From positions 12,884,681 to 12,948,680 of the forward strand of contig NC_068982.1 in assembly GCF_001194135.2 (NCBI RefSeq): a stretch of DNA of 64,000 bases, written 5' to 3'. The stretch comes from Octopus bimaculoides (Eukaryota). The notes under the pieces were generated by a model. It did not search any database. It saw only the letters and a program-made list of their open reading frames with translations, and was not told the origin of the DNA. The translations under genes and the position numbers were made by a program. Below, piece after piece: positions 1-11,508 of this stretch. Each line of letters starts with the position of its first letter. The first letter of the stretch is position 1.

Positions 1-219
1 GGTGGCAAGCTGGCAGAATCATTAGCACGTCGAGTGAAATGCTTAGCAGTATTATTTCGTCTGCCTCTACGTTCTGAGTTCAAATTCCACCGAGGTCGAC
101 TTTGCTCTTCATCCTTTCAGGGTCGATGAAATAAGTACCAGTTATGCACTGGAGTTGACGTAATCGACTGGCCCCCTTCCTCGCCAAAGTTTGCAAGACC
201 TTGTGCATAGAGTAGAAAT
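1..219 (+). mobile_element. SINE family B (tRNA-derived head, tail type B1)
   Basis: Head GCTGGCAGAATC, B-box-like GAGTTCAAATTCC, core GACTTTGC..TTCATCCTTTCAGGGTCGAT..AATAAGTACCAG, tail CCTTGTGCATAGAGTAGAAA; more than 15 similar copies in the window. Confidence 0.85.
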
Positions 220-1769
220 AATTAATGAAGCTTTATAATGACAGAGATGCAGATAGCAAGTTTAACAAGATAGTCTCTGGTATCAATAGATTCGAAACGT
301 ATTCAAAAGTTAAACTTCTGACAGTAGAGAATCAATGAGAAATCTACTATAATAATACTCTTGTGTTTTTCTCCATCACAACATAAGAATGAGAAAAGAA
401 GGGGTGATAGATGAATATAAGGAAAGAAGGGGTGATGACAAACTGGTAGTGGGGGGTATGTGTGAGTATGTAAAAGAGACGTATGTGAATGTTTGTGTGT
501 GTATGTGTGTGCGTGTGTGTACGAGCAATGGAAGTGGGATGGTGAATATTCAATGCTGAAAAGGAAAATCAAACAGCATTTTAACTTTGTGAGTATATAT
601 ATGTGTATATGTGTGTGCATATACAAGGGACGTATGTGAACGTTTATATGTGTGAACCAGCGTTCTTTCACTAACAAATGATGATCGATGCCAGATATCA
701 AAAGACATCCACTAGATAACATTGACAAGTGTATTAATTTGATTTACCATCCATATTTTATCTTTTGTCCTTATTTATATATAAAATACTACAATTAGCT
801 GTCATTTTTGATGGCACGGGGCCAGATAGTTAAATAATAATAATTAACATGAAAATATCTACACAAGTGTGATTTCCACATGACTTTGCTTCCTCATACA
901 CATCACATATATCTATGAAATGAAGCTTGAAATTTTGAAAAAAATTATGATGTGTGTCAGTATGTATCTATGCTCACCAATTTGTGGGCATGATTTGTAC
1001 GAATTTTCCCAAACTCCTCATCTTATGCCTAGGAAAAGATTTTTACCACAATTTCGAATATTACCAGAATCTACACTATCTGAAGCATGCTTGTAAAAAA
1101 ATTCCCAGGTGCCATTCAGGGGGACTGAACCTGGAATCATGTAGTTGGGAAGCAAACTTCTTAACACAGCCCATGCCTGCTCTTAAATACTATAACAAGA
1201 CAAAAACTCTTTTTTATATTTTTTGGTAGAAAAGAAAAAAAAATAGTGGTGCCTGCAGTCATGAAGACACAATGAAGGCGGGGTGGGGGACGTTTATAAT
1301 GAAAATAATTAGATTTTTTAAAAAGGCCCCCTCTACCTTCATTGAATGAGTTGCATGATGCAAAAAAAAAAAAAAATGGGGGAAATCCTGACAAAAATAG
1401 AGAAATTCCAAATTCTGAGGGAAAGTTCTTCCAAAGGTCCACCAAATATTCTTCAAGTTTCATATTATTGCAGAATTTAGTTGAGTAGCAACTAAACAAT
1501 GTTGTACTTTTAATTTATTATTCCTCTATTTGCCAACTCCAGTGGTTTTGCTTTCTGGATCATTAAAACAAAACATTGCCTTTATAGATATTGAGGGATA
1601 GCTATTACAAAACATAGCCGGATATTTTTCTTGTAAACTGAAAGTTTTGAAATTGTTTATGTATCAAAGAAACGGTTGATTCTTTTACACAACAGATGAC
1701 TGTGAGAATTGCAGATGACATCATTAACATTTATAAGCTGGCTGAAAGGAATTGTTATATGTGATATCT

Positions 1770-2010
1770 GTGTTGATACAATGAGCATTGAAAGTACAGT
1801 GAACTTTCTCATATCATTGAGATTGAATCATAATTTAGTAGTATGCTGTAATAAAGTAATGGTTTTTGTGAATTGCCTCACAAGTTCAGATGGAAAACCT
1901 TGGCAGTGCTGTGTATGCAGGCATTACCAGAGTATTAGATTATAAGCTTTCTTCTTCGGTTTTCATAAGCTCCATATGCCTTGTAGAGCTAATATGTACT
2001 GGTGAGCAGC
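1770..2010 (+). pseudogene. Possible decayed Merlin (IS1016/ISXO2-like) transposase N-terminal fragment
   Basis: Translation CCNKVMVFVNCLTSSDGKPWQCCVCRHYQSIRL*AFFF..KL resembles the C..M....DG..W.C..C...SIR..SFF..SKL pattern recalled for Merlin transposases; stops follow. Confidence 0.35.
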
Positions 2011-3107
2011 ATTTAAATGTCTTCGACAGAATCCTGTATAATTCTTGTATTTGAATTTATTATTAAAAAAGACATTCCTTCGGAGATGGTATCATAAAAG
2101 TGAAAATGAAAACTGTTCTGTCTTATCTATTTGTTCAGCAATTTCCCCCAGTAATTTTTTGGTCAGCTGAACAGTGAAATATTCAGTCAGACACACACAC
2201 ATGCACACCCATTGTTTTTCATGTCCATGAGTGAGTTGATCAGGCAAACACACACTCACTCACACACATGCAATCATAAATACACATCCATTTTTTTTAA
2301 TGTTTTCACAAATCACTTATGTTGATGTATGTTTTGTGTATGTATGTGTCTATGTGTGAATATGTATGTATATTTGTGTATGTAAGTATATGTATGCATG
2401 TAAATATATGTATGTATGTGCATTTATGTATATTGATGTATGCATGTATAGGCCTGTGTGTGAAATGAAAAAAATAATTTAAAGAAATAAACACTTTTTA
2501 TGGAAATTGCCGTACAAATAGATCAAAGATTTTCACTGAAAAAGTGGGTGAATGATGTTGTCTATTAATACTGAAGGATTGCCAATAAATGTATTGGAAT
2601 GCTTATTTTTCATTTTGAAAAATAAATTTTATTTCAAACAATAAACCATAGGATACCCAGTAATACAGAACATTTATTTTAAACTAATTTGTTATTGAAT
2701 AAAGGTGAAATAAATGAAAATAAAAAGAAATTAAACTGTTTTTTTCACTGAATTTTGAATGATGTATCAAATTGTTTTAATGTAATGGCTAATTAGCACC
2801 CACACATACACAAGCCATGAATTGTAGAAATATAGCTTGCGAACAGTGAATATGTTGGAGAAATGTAGGAACAACCATTACACTTGTTGGGAGTCAGACA
2901 GTGTAACCTGAATGGGTCTATTGTGAAGAGATGGAATAGCTGTGGTGTGTGGCTAGGCTATTATTAAACAGCATATTATGCAAGATATATTGGAGATAAA
3001 AATGAAGAGGTCAATTCCTTATATTTTTATTTACATTATTTGACTGGAAAAGAAAATAAATAGGAAAACCCAACTCTTCACAGAGAAAGCAAGCATGAAG
3101 TAAAGAT

Positions 3108-3328
3108 ATATTCTTTTCTACTCTAGGCACAAGGCCCGAAATTTTGGGGGAGGGGGCCAGTCGATTAGATCGACCTCAGTATGCAACTGGTATTTAATTT
3201 ATTGACCCCGAAAGGATGAAAGGCAAAATTGACCGCCTCAGAATTTGAACTCAGAATATAAAGACAGACGAAATACCACTAAGCATTTCACTCAGCATGC
3301 TAACGTTTCTGCCAACTCACCACCTTAG
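3108..3328 (-). mobile_element. SINE family B, near full length
   Basis: Reverse complement of the family B consensus from head to tail. Confidence 0.85.
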
Positions 3329-3453
3329 CAGTAAATATATATTGTAACATAGAAATATAAAGTATACATATTGTAAAGTGAAGAGGGTGATTATTTACAG
3401 TCCTTGATAATTGTTGGAAAGCAAAAGTTATGTTCACTTTGAAATGTTATTAC

Positions 3454-3544
3454 TTAATGGTTCCAGTAGGTGTCCCGTGGTGAAAGGCAAGAATTGGATT
3501 TAAAGGTCAAACATTTCTGTTGCAGTTCATTAAATCTCTTGTGT
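3454..3544 (-). CDS. Candidate terminal coding exon (x)HKRFNELQQKCLTFKSNSCLSPRDTYWNH*
   Basis: Acceptor cttgtttggcaatag, 30 codons ending in TAA, phase-compatible with 3785-3827; competing plus-strand readings exist. Confidence 0.25.
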
Positions 3545-3784
3545 CTATTGCCAAACAAGTGAGTTTTTATAACATTTTAGATTTGGCACCAAAAGAATAT
3601 GACAAGACATGATAATGTTCTAGATTTTCCTAGAATTACAAAGAAGGAAGTTAGGATTTCTTGAATTACATGGCAGGTGGCAGCATACATACATTTTTGA
3701 TTTGTGATGACAAGTTGCAGAGGACTTTGATTGGATGATGAGAACTGTGTAGGCATGATTCATCCAAACCTTAGAAGTTATTAC

Positions 3785-3827
3785 TCAGTCAATTCTTTAT
3801 CCGAACTCAATGCATCCAGTTCAATTC
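3785..3827 (-). CDS. Candidate small exon (x)IELDALSSDKELT(E)
   Basis: tgtgtcag acceptor (weak pyrimidine tract) and gtaata donor; G-initial codon bias; phase-2 end joins 3544 as GAA. Confidence 0.2.
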
Positions 3828-4234
3828 CTGACACAATGTCGGTGAGTTATGTAAAATGTGTCACTGTATGAGAGCTTGCAGTTTAACAATCACTACAGCA
3901 CTAGTGATATTTTAGCAAAAATATGAGTAGTACAAATATAATTTAAAAATTTATTTTTAAAAAAATGGATTTGAATATGGGATAGCAAAGTATCCCTGTA
4001 ACATCAATACAAGAATTCTGTACATAGAAGACATTTGGTAATGCTATGTAGAGGATACCTCCTACAGATATGATTTAGAAAATATCTGTTTTCTTTTAGT
4101 GTTGCTGAGAAATCGAACCAATACTTTTACAAGTATCCAAGTGAAGTAGCTTTATGTCACTTCGATTCTACTTAATTAAAAAAAAAAAAAAATTCAGTGA
4201 TATCATCATAGATATTACTAATGATCAGCAAAAA

Positions 4235-4700
4235 GCAGTGAGCTGGTAGAATCATTAGTGCACGGGGCAAACTGCTTCCTGGCATTCCATCCGTCTTTAG
4301 GTTCTCAGTTAAGATACTGTCAAGATCGACTTTGCTTTTCATCCTTTTGTTATTTCTTTATTACCCACAAGGGATTAAACATAGAGGGGACAAACAAGGA
4401 CAGACAAAGGGATTAAGTCGATTACATCGACCCCAGTGCGTAACTGATACTTAATTTATCGACCCCGAATCGACAAAAGGATGAAAGGCAAAGTTGACCT
4501 TGGCAGAATTTGAACTCAGAACGTAACGGCAGACGAAATACTGCTAAGTATTTTGTCAGGCATGCTAACGTTTCTGCCAGCTCACCACCTTTCATCCTTT
4601 TGTGGTTGATAAAATAAGTATCAGTTAGTATTGGGTTCAACGTGATTAACTTAACCCCTGTCTTGAAATTGCTGGACCGGTGCCAAAAGTTTGAAACCAT
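4235..4700 (+). mobile_element. SINE B host copy interrupted by an antisense SINE B
   Basis: 5' part to 4350 and 3' part from 4590, joined by the duplication TTTCATCCTTTTGT. Confidence 0.85.
4351..4589 (-). mobile_element. SINE B (tail type B2) nested insertion with 14-bp TSD
   Basis: TTTCATCCTTTTGT at 4337-4350 and 4590-4603 flanks a full-length antisense copy. Confidence 0.9.
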
Positions 4701-4717
4701 TATTGATGATGAACAAA

Positions 4718-5172
4718 TGGTAGTGAGTTGGCAGAATCATTAGCCCTCCAGACAAAATGCTTAGTGGTTTTTCATCTATCTTTGGGTTCTAAGTTAACCC
4801 TTTCGATACCAACCCAGCTTAAACCGCCTCTGGCTCTGTAGTACAAATGCCTTGTTTCCAAAAGTTTTGAATTAAAATCTTCCACAAAACCTTAGTCACA
4901 ATTTATGTTCCTAACACTAGCTTAATGATAACTAAGTTATTTTACTAAATTCTTTGTTATATTTAGAATAATTGAAAAAAAAAAAGACACAGCATCTCAA
5001 CAAATGATTAGAAATATGTTAGCAAAAGGGTTAGAATACCACTGAGCTCAACTTTGTCTTTTATCCATTTGGGGTCAATAAAATAAGTACCTGTTGAGTA
5101 ATGGGGTCAATGTAATTGGTAATCCCCCTCCTCCACAATTGCTAGCCTTGTGCCTATAGTAGAAAGGATTAT
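4718..5172 (+). mobile_element. SINE B split by a piggyBac-type MITE
   Basis: Head at 4718-4793; core and tail resume after 5030. Confidence 0.75.
4798..5030 (+). mobile_element. piggyBac-type MITE
   Basis: TTAA|CCCTTT...AAAGGG|TTAG ends; the same family occurs at 5410, 5652, 42861 and 53465. Confidence 0.8.
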
Positions 5173-5409
5173 TAATAATCAATATGAAATTGGAAGGCAT
5201 TAAGATGTTGATGTTCATTAAAAAACAAAGAATGAAATTATTCAATAACAGAAAGCTTAAAGAACTTTCACTTTCTGCTTTGTTTCTTAAGATCTGTTAA
5301 CTTTACCTTTCCATTCTACTGGAGGCTGAAAATTGGTAAATGGAAATAGTCACAAGAAAAATAAGTAGCACCATTATGGGTCAGAAAAACACTTTTCATT
5401 TTCTTTTAA

Positions 5410-5631
5410 CCTTTTCTTTACTGTATTTCTTTTGAAATGCTCTGTGTTTCTTTCAATTAATTTGCAATATAACAAAAAAATTAGCAAAATAACTTAGTTA
5501 TCATTGAGCTAGTGTTGGGAACATGAATTGTGACTAAGGTTTGGCAGAAGATTTTAATTCAGAACTTTTGAAGACAAGACATTTGTACAACAGAGCCAGA
5601 GGCAGTTTCAACCGGGTTGGTAACAAAAGAG
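5410..5631 (-). mobile_element. piggyBac-type MITE
   Basis: TTAA at 5406-5409 and 5632-5635; reverse complement of 4798-5030. Confidence 0.8.
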
Positions 5632-5651
5632 TTAAATTAATCATTTGTTAA

Positions 5652-5873
5652 CCCTTTTCTTACCATATTTCTGTTGAGATGCTCTGCATTTCTTTCAATT
5701 AATTTTAAATATAACAAAGAATTTAGTAAAATAACTTAGTTATCATTAAGCTAGTGTTAGGAACATAAATTGTGATTAAGGTTTGGTGGAAGATTTTAAT
5801 TTAGAACTTATGAAAACAAAACATTTGTACTCCAGAGCCAGAAGTGGTTTCAGACAGGTTGGTATCGAAAGGG
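5652..5873 (-). mobile_element. piggyBac-type MITE
   Basis: TTAA|CCCTTT...AAAGGG|TTAA with an exact TSD. Confidence 0.85.
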
Positions 5874-5984
5874 TTAAATGAAAGAAGTATTTTTCTAATC
5901 AAAGAGTAAATACTAGTAATTACATACTTTAAGAAACATTAACTGACAGTATATAACTTATATGCAATAGTAAATATAATCTTA

Positions 5985-6135
5985 TTATAATGAAGTTTGC
6001 TTCCCAACCCCAAGGATTTTAGGTTCTATTCCACTGCATAGCAACTTGGGAAAGTGTCTTGTGCTGTTGCTCCAGGATAGCTAAAGCCTTGTGAGTGAAT
6101 TTTGGTAGACAGAAATTGTAAGAAGCCTATTTGTG
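5985..6135 (+). mobile_element. SINE family A 5' half, diverged
   Basis: GTTTGCTTCCCAACC..GGTTCTATTCCACTGC..AAAGCCTTGTGAGTG..GGTAGACAGAAA..AAGAAGCC. Confidence 0.65.
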
Positions 6136-6407
6136 TGCACATGTAAACCTTCTAGGTTAATATGAAACTCACAGCGCCTTTAGAAACGCCACAGTGTAAG
6201 TCAGTGTAAAAATATTTTTGAAATCCTGCCATTTAATTAAAACTGAACTTTCAACTATGATTGAAATAAACTTAGACGGTATTGTGTACCTTCTTTTAAC
6301 ATGACAGATATGATGTGGTTTATAGTTTAAGGAAATAAAAGCTGAATCAAAACGATAAAGCATTCATGCATCTCTCCCGCCCCTCTCTCTCTCTATATAT
6401 ATATATA

Positions 6408-6576
6408 TAAATTGTAAATGCAAAAATAAAAACAAAACACAAAGAATTCTGCGGTACACGTGTTTCAAGCTTTATAGTTGTTACATCAGTGTAACAACTG
6501 TAACAACTATAAAGCTTGAAACACGTGGACCGCAGAATCCTTTGTGTTTTGTTTTTATTTTTGCATTTACAATTTA
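6408..6576. repeat. Fold-back inverted repeat, 78-bp arms, 13-nt spacer
   Basis: 6408-6485 is the reverse complement of 6499-6576 with 2 mismatches. Confidence 0.95.
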
Positions 6577-6887
6577 TTCATTCACCCCGACCACGAGCTG
6601 GCATACACAGGTGCTTACAATTGTCAAGTATTACCTCTAACATTTACTTTACCTATATATATTTATATATAAGCTACACACTTTATGCTGTCCAACCTCT
6701 ACCAAGGCCCAGTCCAAGTTATTTACTCATTGAAGTTATTTTCCTTTCTTTTCATTTCATTTCAGTTCAGCTACACGTCTATATATACATCCATTAACAT
6801 TTCTCTCTATTTTCATATCTGTTGATATATCTGTAGACTCACTTACCTATCTGCCTGTCTTTCTATCACTCAATCGTTATTTTAAGG

Positions 6888-7100
6888 TTGAGGTAATGGG
6901 CTAGCAGAATCATTATGACATTGGACAAAATATTTCTGGCTCTTTACTTTCTGAGTTCAAATTCTGCCAAAGTGAACTTTGCCTTTCATTCTTTTAGAGT
7001 CGATAAATTAAATTCCCAGTGAAATACTGGGGTCGATGTAGTTGACTTGCCTCCATCACATCAAAATATCTGGTCTTGTGACAAGACTAGAAAGAATTAT
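6888..7100 (+). mobile_element. SINE B, diverged
   Basis: Family B head, core and tail are recognisable. Confidence 0.75.
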
Positions 7101-8848
7101 TTTAAGATATTGAATAAAGCCAAGTTTTTCTTACAGACTTGTAATGCCATTAAAAAACCTGTCATTGCACACAAGTCATGTATTGTTAGTTGATAAGCGA
7201 CTCTAAAGTATCATTTATTTAATTACTCTATTATTTATGGTGTTTAAATGAACTGCAATGCTTTTTCTTCTCTCTAACTTTATTTCCATCCACCTCTAAT
7301 TCCTTGCAAATATTTGGCTGTGTGTCATATGCAAGAAATCAGTATTAACATTTATTTACAAGTAACTAATATTTCATTTAAATTCCTTTTCCTAAAGGAG
7401 CCAATGTGATATTTGATAGGAATTTAAAGAAATAATCAAAATAATGCAGGAGGAATACTGTCTAAATTCATTTAGATGGTTGATGTTTATTGAATATCAC
7501 AGGGGAATGTGAGCATAATAATAGTGTTATATTCCATTTCATTGATTTGTTTCACTTACATGTAGACAGATCGTAAAGATTTTAGTAGTTTCCTAATTCA
7601 TTGAAGCATATTTCGTGCAAAAAAAAAAAAAAAGAGTTATACTCCCCCTTGATTTAACATTCAAAGAGCTGGCAGTTATCTTAGATGATTGTCAGAAATC
7701 CATAGAAATAAGAGATATGGATCACATATAATCTCACTGGATTTGTTGAACAATAAGTCATATTTACTCTTACAAAGGAAGCTTGGTTTTAGTTGTATAA
7801 ACTCCATTGTACATAATGTTAATATACAAGAACCCGCTGAACAATGAAACTATATACACAAAATCCTTTTCTTTAAATTCCTGTCATTGCTAATAATACC
7901 CTTTGTAGTATGCGATGAGAAAACAAAATGTAATAAAAGAAATGTCATACTTATTTGATGAAGTTTTTTTTCTTTTGTACTGCATACTGTTAAAATTAAC
8001 ATTAGCACCTTTCATAAAAGTGATGGATATTTTTGCTTTGTTCTTATTTGAGAATAAAATGTAAAATAATTGTGAAGAAAAAGAATCTAATGTCAGAATA
8101 GATTCTAGAAGCAAAGTTTATTGTAAGATTAAATTGTATGGAAAGTGAATATAGAGAGCTGATAACTTCAGCAGAAAAGACAGTCTTCTTTTTCTTAGAA
8201 GAAAATAATCGAAGTAATAAGCATTCAAAGAGATTATTGAAATGTTAACATTGAGCCAATAGAAAGGAAATAGATTTAACAACAAAAATTTGATCGCAAT
8301 AAATAGCAGGGAAATTGATGTTAGAAGGGAAAAAATATGGCTGATAAAGGTGTAAACAAAATTAATAAAGATAAACCAAATATGCTGTTGCACTTCTTGC
8401 ATAATATTTGAATATGTTGAAAATGACGGCTAAGAAAAAGGGGTTAAAGTTTTTAAAAATAAACCCCAATACCCCAATTAAACAAATAAGTCATATAAAT
8501 AAATATAATGGCTTTATATATTACATATTCATTCAAAATCTATTGCCTAAAGAAGACTGCAGATGCACAGTAATGCATGTTTTAAAAGGAAGATATCCTG
8601 GTGCCACATATCTCCTACCATTATGGCTGCTCTTTCTTGTCACTGTGGCAAAGCTTTTCTGCCCTAGGAAAGGTTTTAGTCTGAATTTTTATTTTTTATT
8701 TTTGATGCCTAAATACTCTCCTTAGTTAATAAATGCCTGGATCCTACGTCTGCTTGATCAGAGCCAATCTAAAGTCGTTAAGCAATGAGAGTGGGTTGTA
8801 CTAGATAGCATGGAACCAGTTGTAGTTTACACCTAACCTGTCTATATC

Positions 8849-9197
8849 GTATACTCTTTTACTCTTTTACTTGTTTCAGTCATTTGACTGCGGCCATGCT
8901 GGGGCACCACCTTTAGTTGAGCAGATCGACCCCAGGACTTATTCTTTGTAAGCACACCAGCAACGGTTGTCAAGCAAAGTTGGGGGGACAAATACAGACA
9001 CACAAACATATACACACACATATATATATATATATACATATATACGACGGGTTTCTTTCAATTTCCGTCTACCAAATCCACTCACAAGGCTTTGGTCGGT
9101 CCAAGGCTATATTAGAAAACACTTGCTCAAGGTGCCACACAGTGGGACTGAACCCGGAACCAAGTAGTTAGTAAGCAAGCTACTTACCACACAGCCA
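8849..9197 (-). mobile_element. SINE family A with internal (TA/CA)n and an internal deletion
   Basis: Tail TACTCTTTTACTCTTTTAC, microsatellite middle, tRNA-like head running into the gap. Confidence 0.85.
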
Positions 9198-10084
9198 NNN
9201 NNNNNNNNNNNNNNNNNNNNNNNNNNNNNNNNNNNNNNNNNNNNNNNNNNNNNNNNNNNNNNNNNNNNNNNNNNNNNNNNNNNNNNNNNNNNNNNNNNNN
9301 NNNNNNNNNNNNNNNNNNNNNNNNNNNNNNNNNNNNNNNNNNNNNNNNNNNNNNNNNNNNNNNNNNNNNNNNNNNNNNNNNNNNNNNNNNNNNNNNNNNN
9401 NNNNNNNNNNNNNNNNNNNNNNNNNNNNNNNNNNNNNNNNNNNNNNNNNNNNNNNNNNNNNNNNNNNNNNNNNNNNGCACACCAGCAACGGTTGTCAAGC
9501 AAAGTTGGGGGGACAAATACAGACACACAAACATATACACACACATATATATATATATACATATATACATATATATTATATATTGTGATTATTTTAATGA
9601 AATTGAATTTTATATTGAAAATGGAGGACAAAGTACTGATATAGCAGTTGTAGGAAATGTAGATAAATAACAACTGCTGTTAGCTCAGCTTGAGCTGAAA
9701 TAAGACATGGAGGCAACCAATTAAACATAAAGCAACATCATTTTGTAATTATTTGAATCTGCAAATTCTATTTTTAAAAATTTTATTTTAAAAGAAAGAG
9801 CAGCACCCATGACCCTTTTCAGTGCCTCTAAGTCTGATAGAAGGAAAATGTCTACGAAGTAGAGACCTTGTCTGATGTTCGCCGAAAGAAAATGAACTTC
9901 TCCACTTAAAGGGACCCAAATGGTTGTTGGTGGTTGTGATAAAGGAAGATATAGAGTAAGTCTACCAACCAAGTAATAAAAGACAGGGAAAGTATTGTGT
10001 GTTAGTGTGTTCTGGTTCTATGTGTTCTAGGTTCAAATCCTGCTTTGTCCTGGCAACAAAGGTTTTTCCCTCTCAAAGAGAAAA

Positions 10085-10185
10085 GCAAATTGTATGATGC
10101 TTGAGTGCAGCATGTGATGCAGCTGCATGTTCACGAGCTGTTGGTCATCAATGCAGCAGATTTCTGAAGAAAGAAATGAAGGGCA
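10085..10185 (+). pseudogene. Decayed RTE LINE fragment
   Basis: KLYDA*VQHVM.LH...INAADF..RNE parallels RLHDVCVQTAMLHGSET..AEDIRKLARNE at 47040. Confidence 0.4.
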
Positions 10186-10716
10186 AACAACGAAGCTACC
10201 TCTCTAGGTCTGATGCTATGACAGAATGCATCTTGTTCTCTCTGTAAAGCATTTGGTGATATGAAAAACATTCAGCCATAGAAAACAAGCCAAAGATAAA
10301 ATGTAACGAGCAAGATGTGGTCTTTCGACTCATTTAGTAGGAAAGTAATAATTTTAAATGGTTTTACTGATGGTGGTTCAGAGACATAATATGTTTATTA
10401 AGTCTACATGTGCTCCCTCTACCCTGACTCTTTGATACCCATCTCATCTCTCTGTCACTCATGTCTTTATGACTCAGCTTCTCTCCACCTATTATACTAT
10501 GTTGTTAGTGTAACAAGAGACATCGGTAGTCTCTCTTGCTCACTGTATCATTTAAATAACATTTTGTGCATTTCTCTTATGTTCTCGAAAACACGTTTCA
10601 CTTCTCCTTGGAATTATTACCTGTGTACATGTGTCATTATTAATATCTCAAAGTGCACCTGTGACTTTTGGCTACCTTGGTAACTATTTCTCCGGATCTT
10701 TCCTTGTAAATTAAAC

Positions 10717-10765
<49 letters not shown>

Positions 10766-11263
10766 NNNNNNNNNNNNNNNNNNNNNNNNNNNNNNNNNNN
10801 NNNNNNNNNNNNNNNNNNNNNNNNNNNNNNNNNNNNNNNNNNNNNNNNNNNNNNNNNNNNNNNNNNNNNNNNNNNNNNNNNNNNNNNNNNNNNNNNNNNN
10901 NNNNNNNNNNNNNNNNNNNNNNNNNNNNNNNNNNNNNNNNNNNNNNNNNNNNNNNNNNNNNNNNNNNNNNNNNNNNNNNNNNNNNNNNNNNNNNNNNNNN
11001 NNNNNNNNNNNNNNNNNNNNNNNNNNNNNNNNNNNNNNNNNNNNNNNNNNNNNNNNNNNNNNNNNNNNNNNNNNNNNNNNNNNNNNNNNNNNNNNNNNNN
11101 NNNNNNNNNNNNNNNNNNNNNNNNNNNNNNNNNNNNNNNNNNNNNNNNNNNNNNNNNNNNNNNNNNNNNNNNNNNNNNNNNNNNNNNNNNNNNNNNNNNN
11201 NNNNNNNNNNNNNNNNNNNNNNNNNNNNNNNNNNNNNNNNNNNNNTATATATATATATATATC

Positions 11264-11508
11264 AAGCGAGATCGTGGCCAGTGCCCCTGGACTGGCTCTT
11301 GTGCGGGTGGTACATAAAAGACACCATTTCGAGCACCCACTACACTCTCTGAGTGGTTGGCATTAGGAAGGGCATCCAGCTGTAGAAACTCTGCCAAATT
11401 AGATTGGAGCCTGGTGTAGCCATCCGGTTGCACCAGTCCTCAGTCAAATCGTCCAACCCATGCTAGCATGGAAAGCGGACGTTAAACGATGATGATGATG
11501 ATGATGAT
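11264..11508 (+). mobile_element. Family C element, (GAT)n tail
   Basis: GGCATTAGGAAGGGCATCCAGCTGTAGAAACTCTGCC..AACCCATGCTAGCATGGAAAGCGGACGTTAAACGATGATG, flanked by (TA)n. Confidence 0.85.

Noticed and set aside
3526-3558. FIKSLVSIAKQ as a PI4KB exon (resembles FIKSLMAIGKR)
   Set aside because: An 11-aa similarity only; no neighbouring PI4KB-like exons were found, so no gene symbol is assigned.
8917-9171. Recurrent ORFs such as ..CHAVGLNPEPCG, MLVCLCPP.. and MQPDGYTRLQSNLAEFLQLDALP
   Set aside because: They are chance translations of SINE A and family C consensus sequence repeated across the window.
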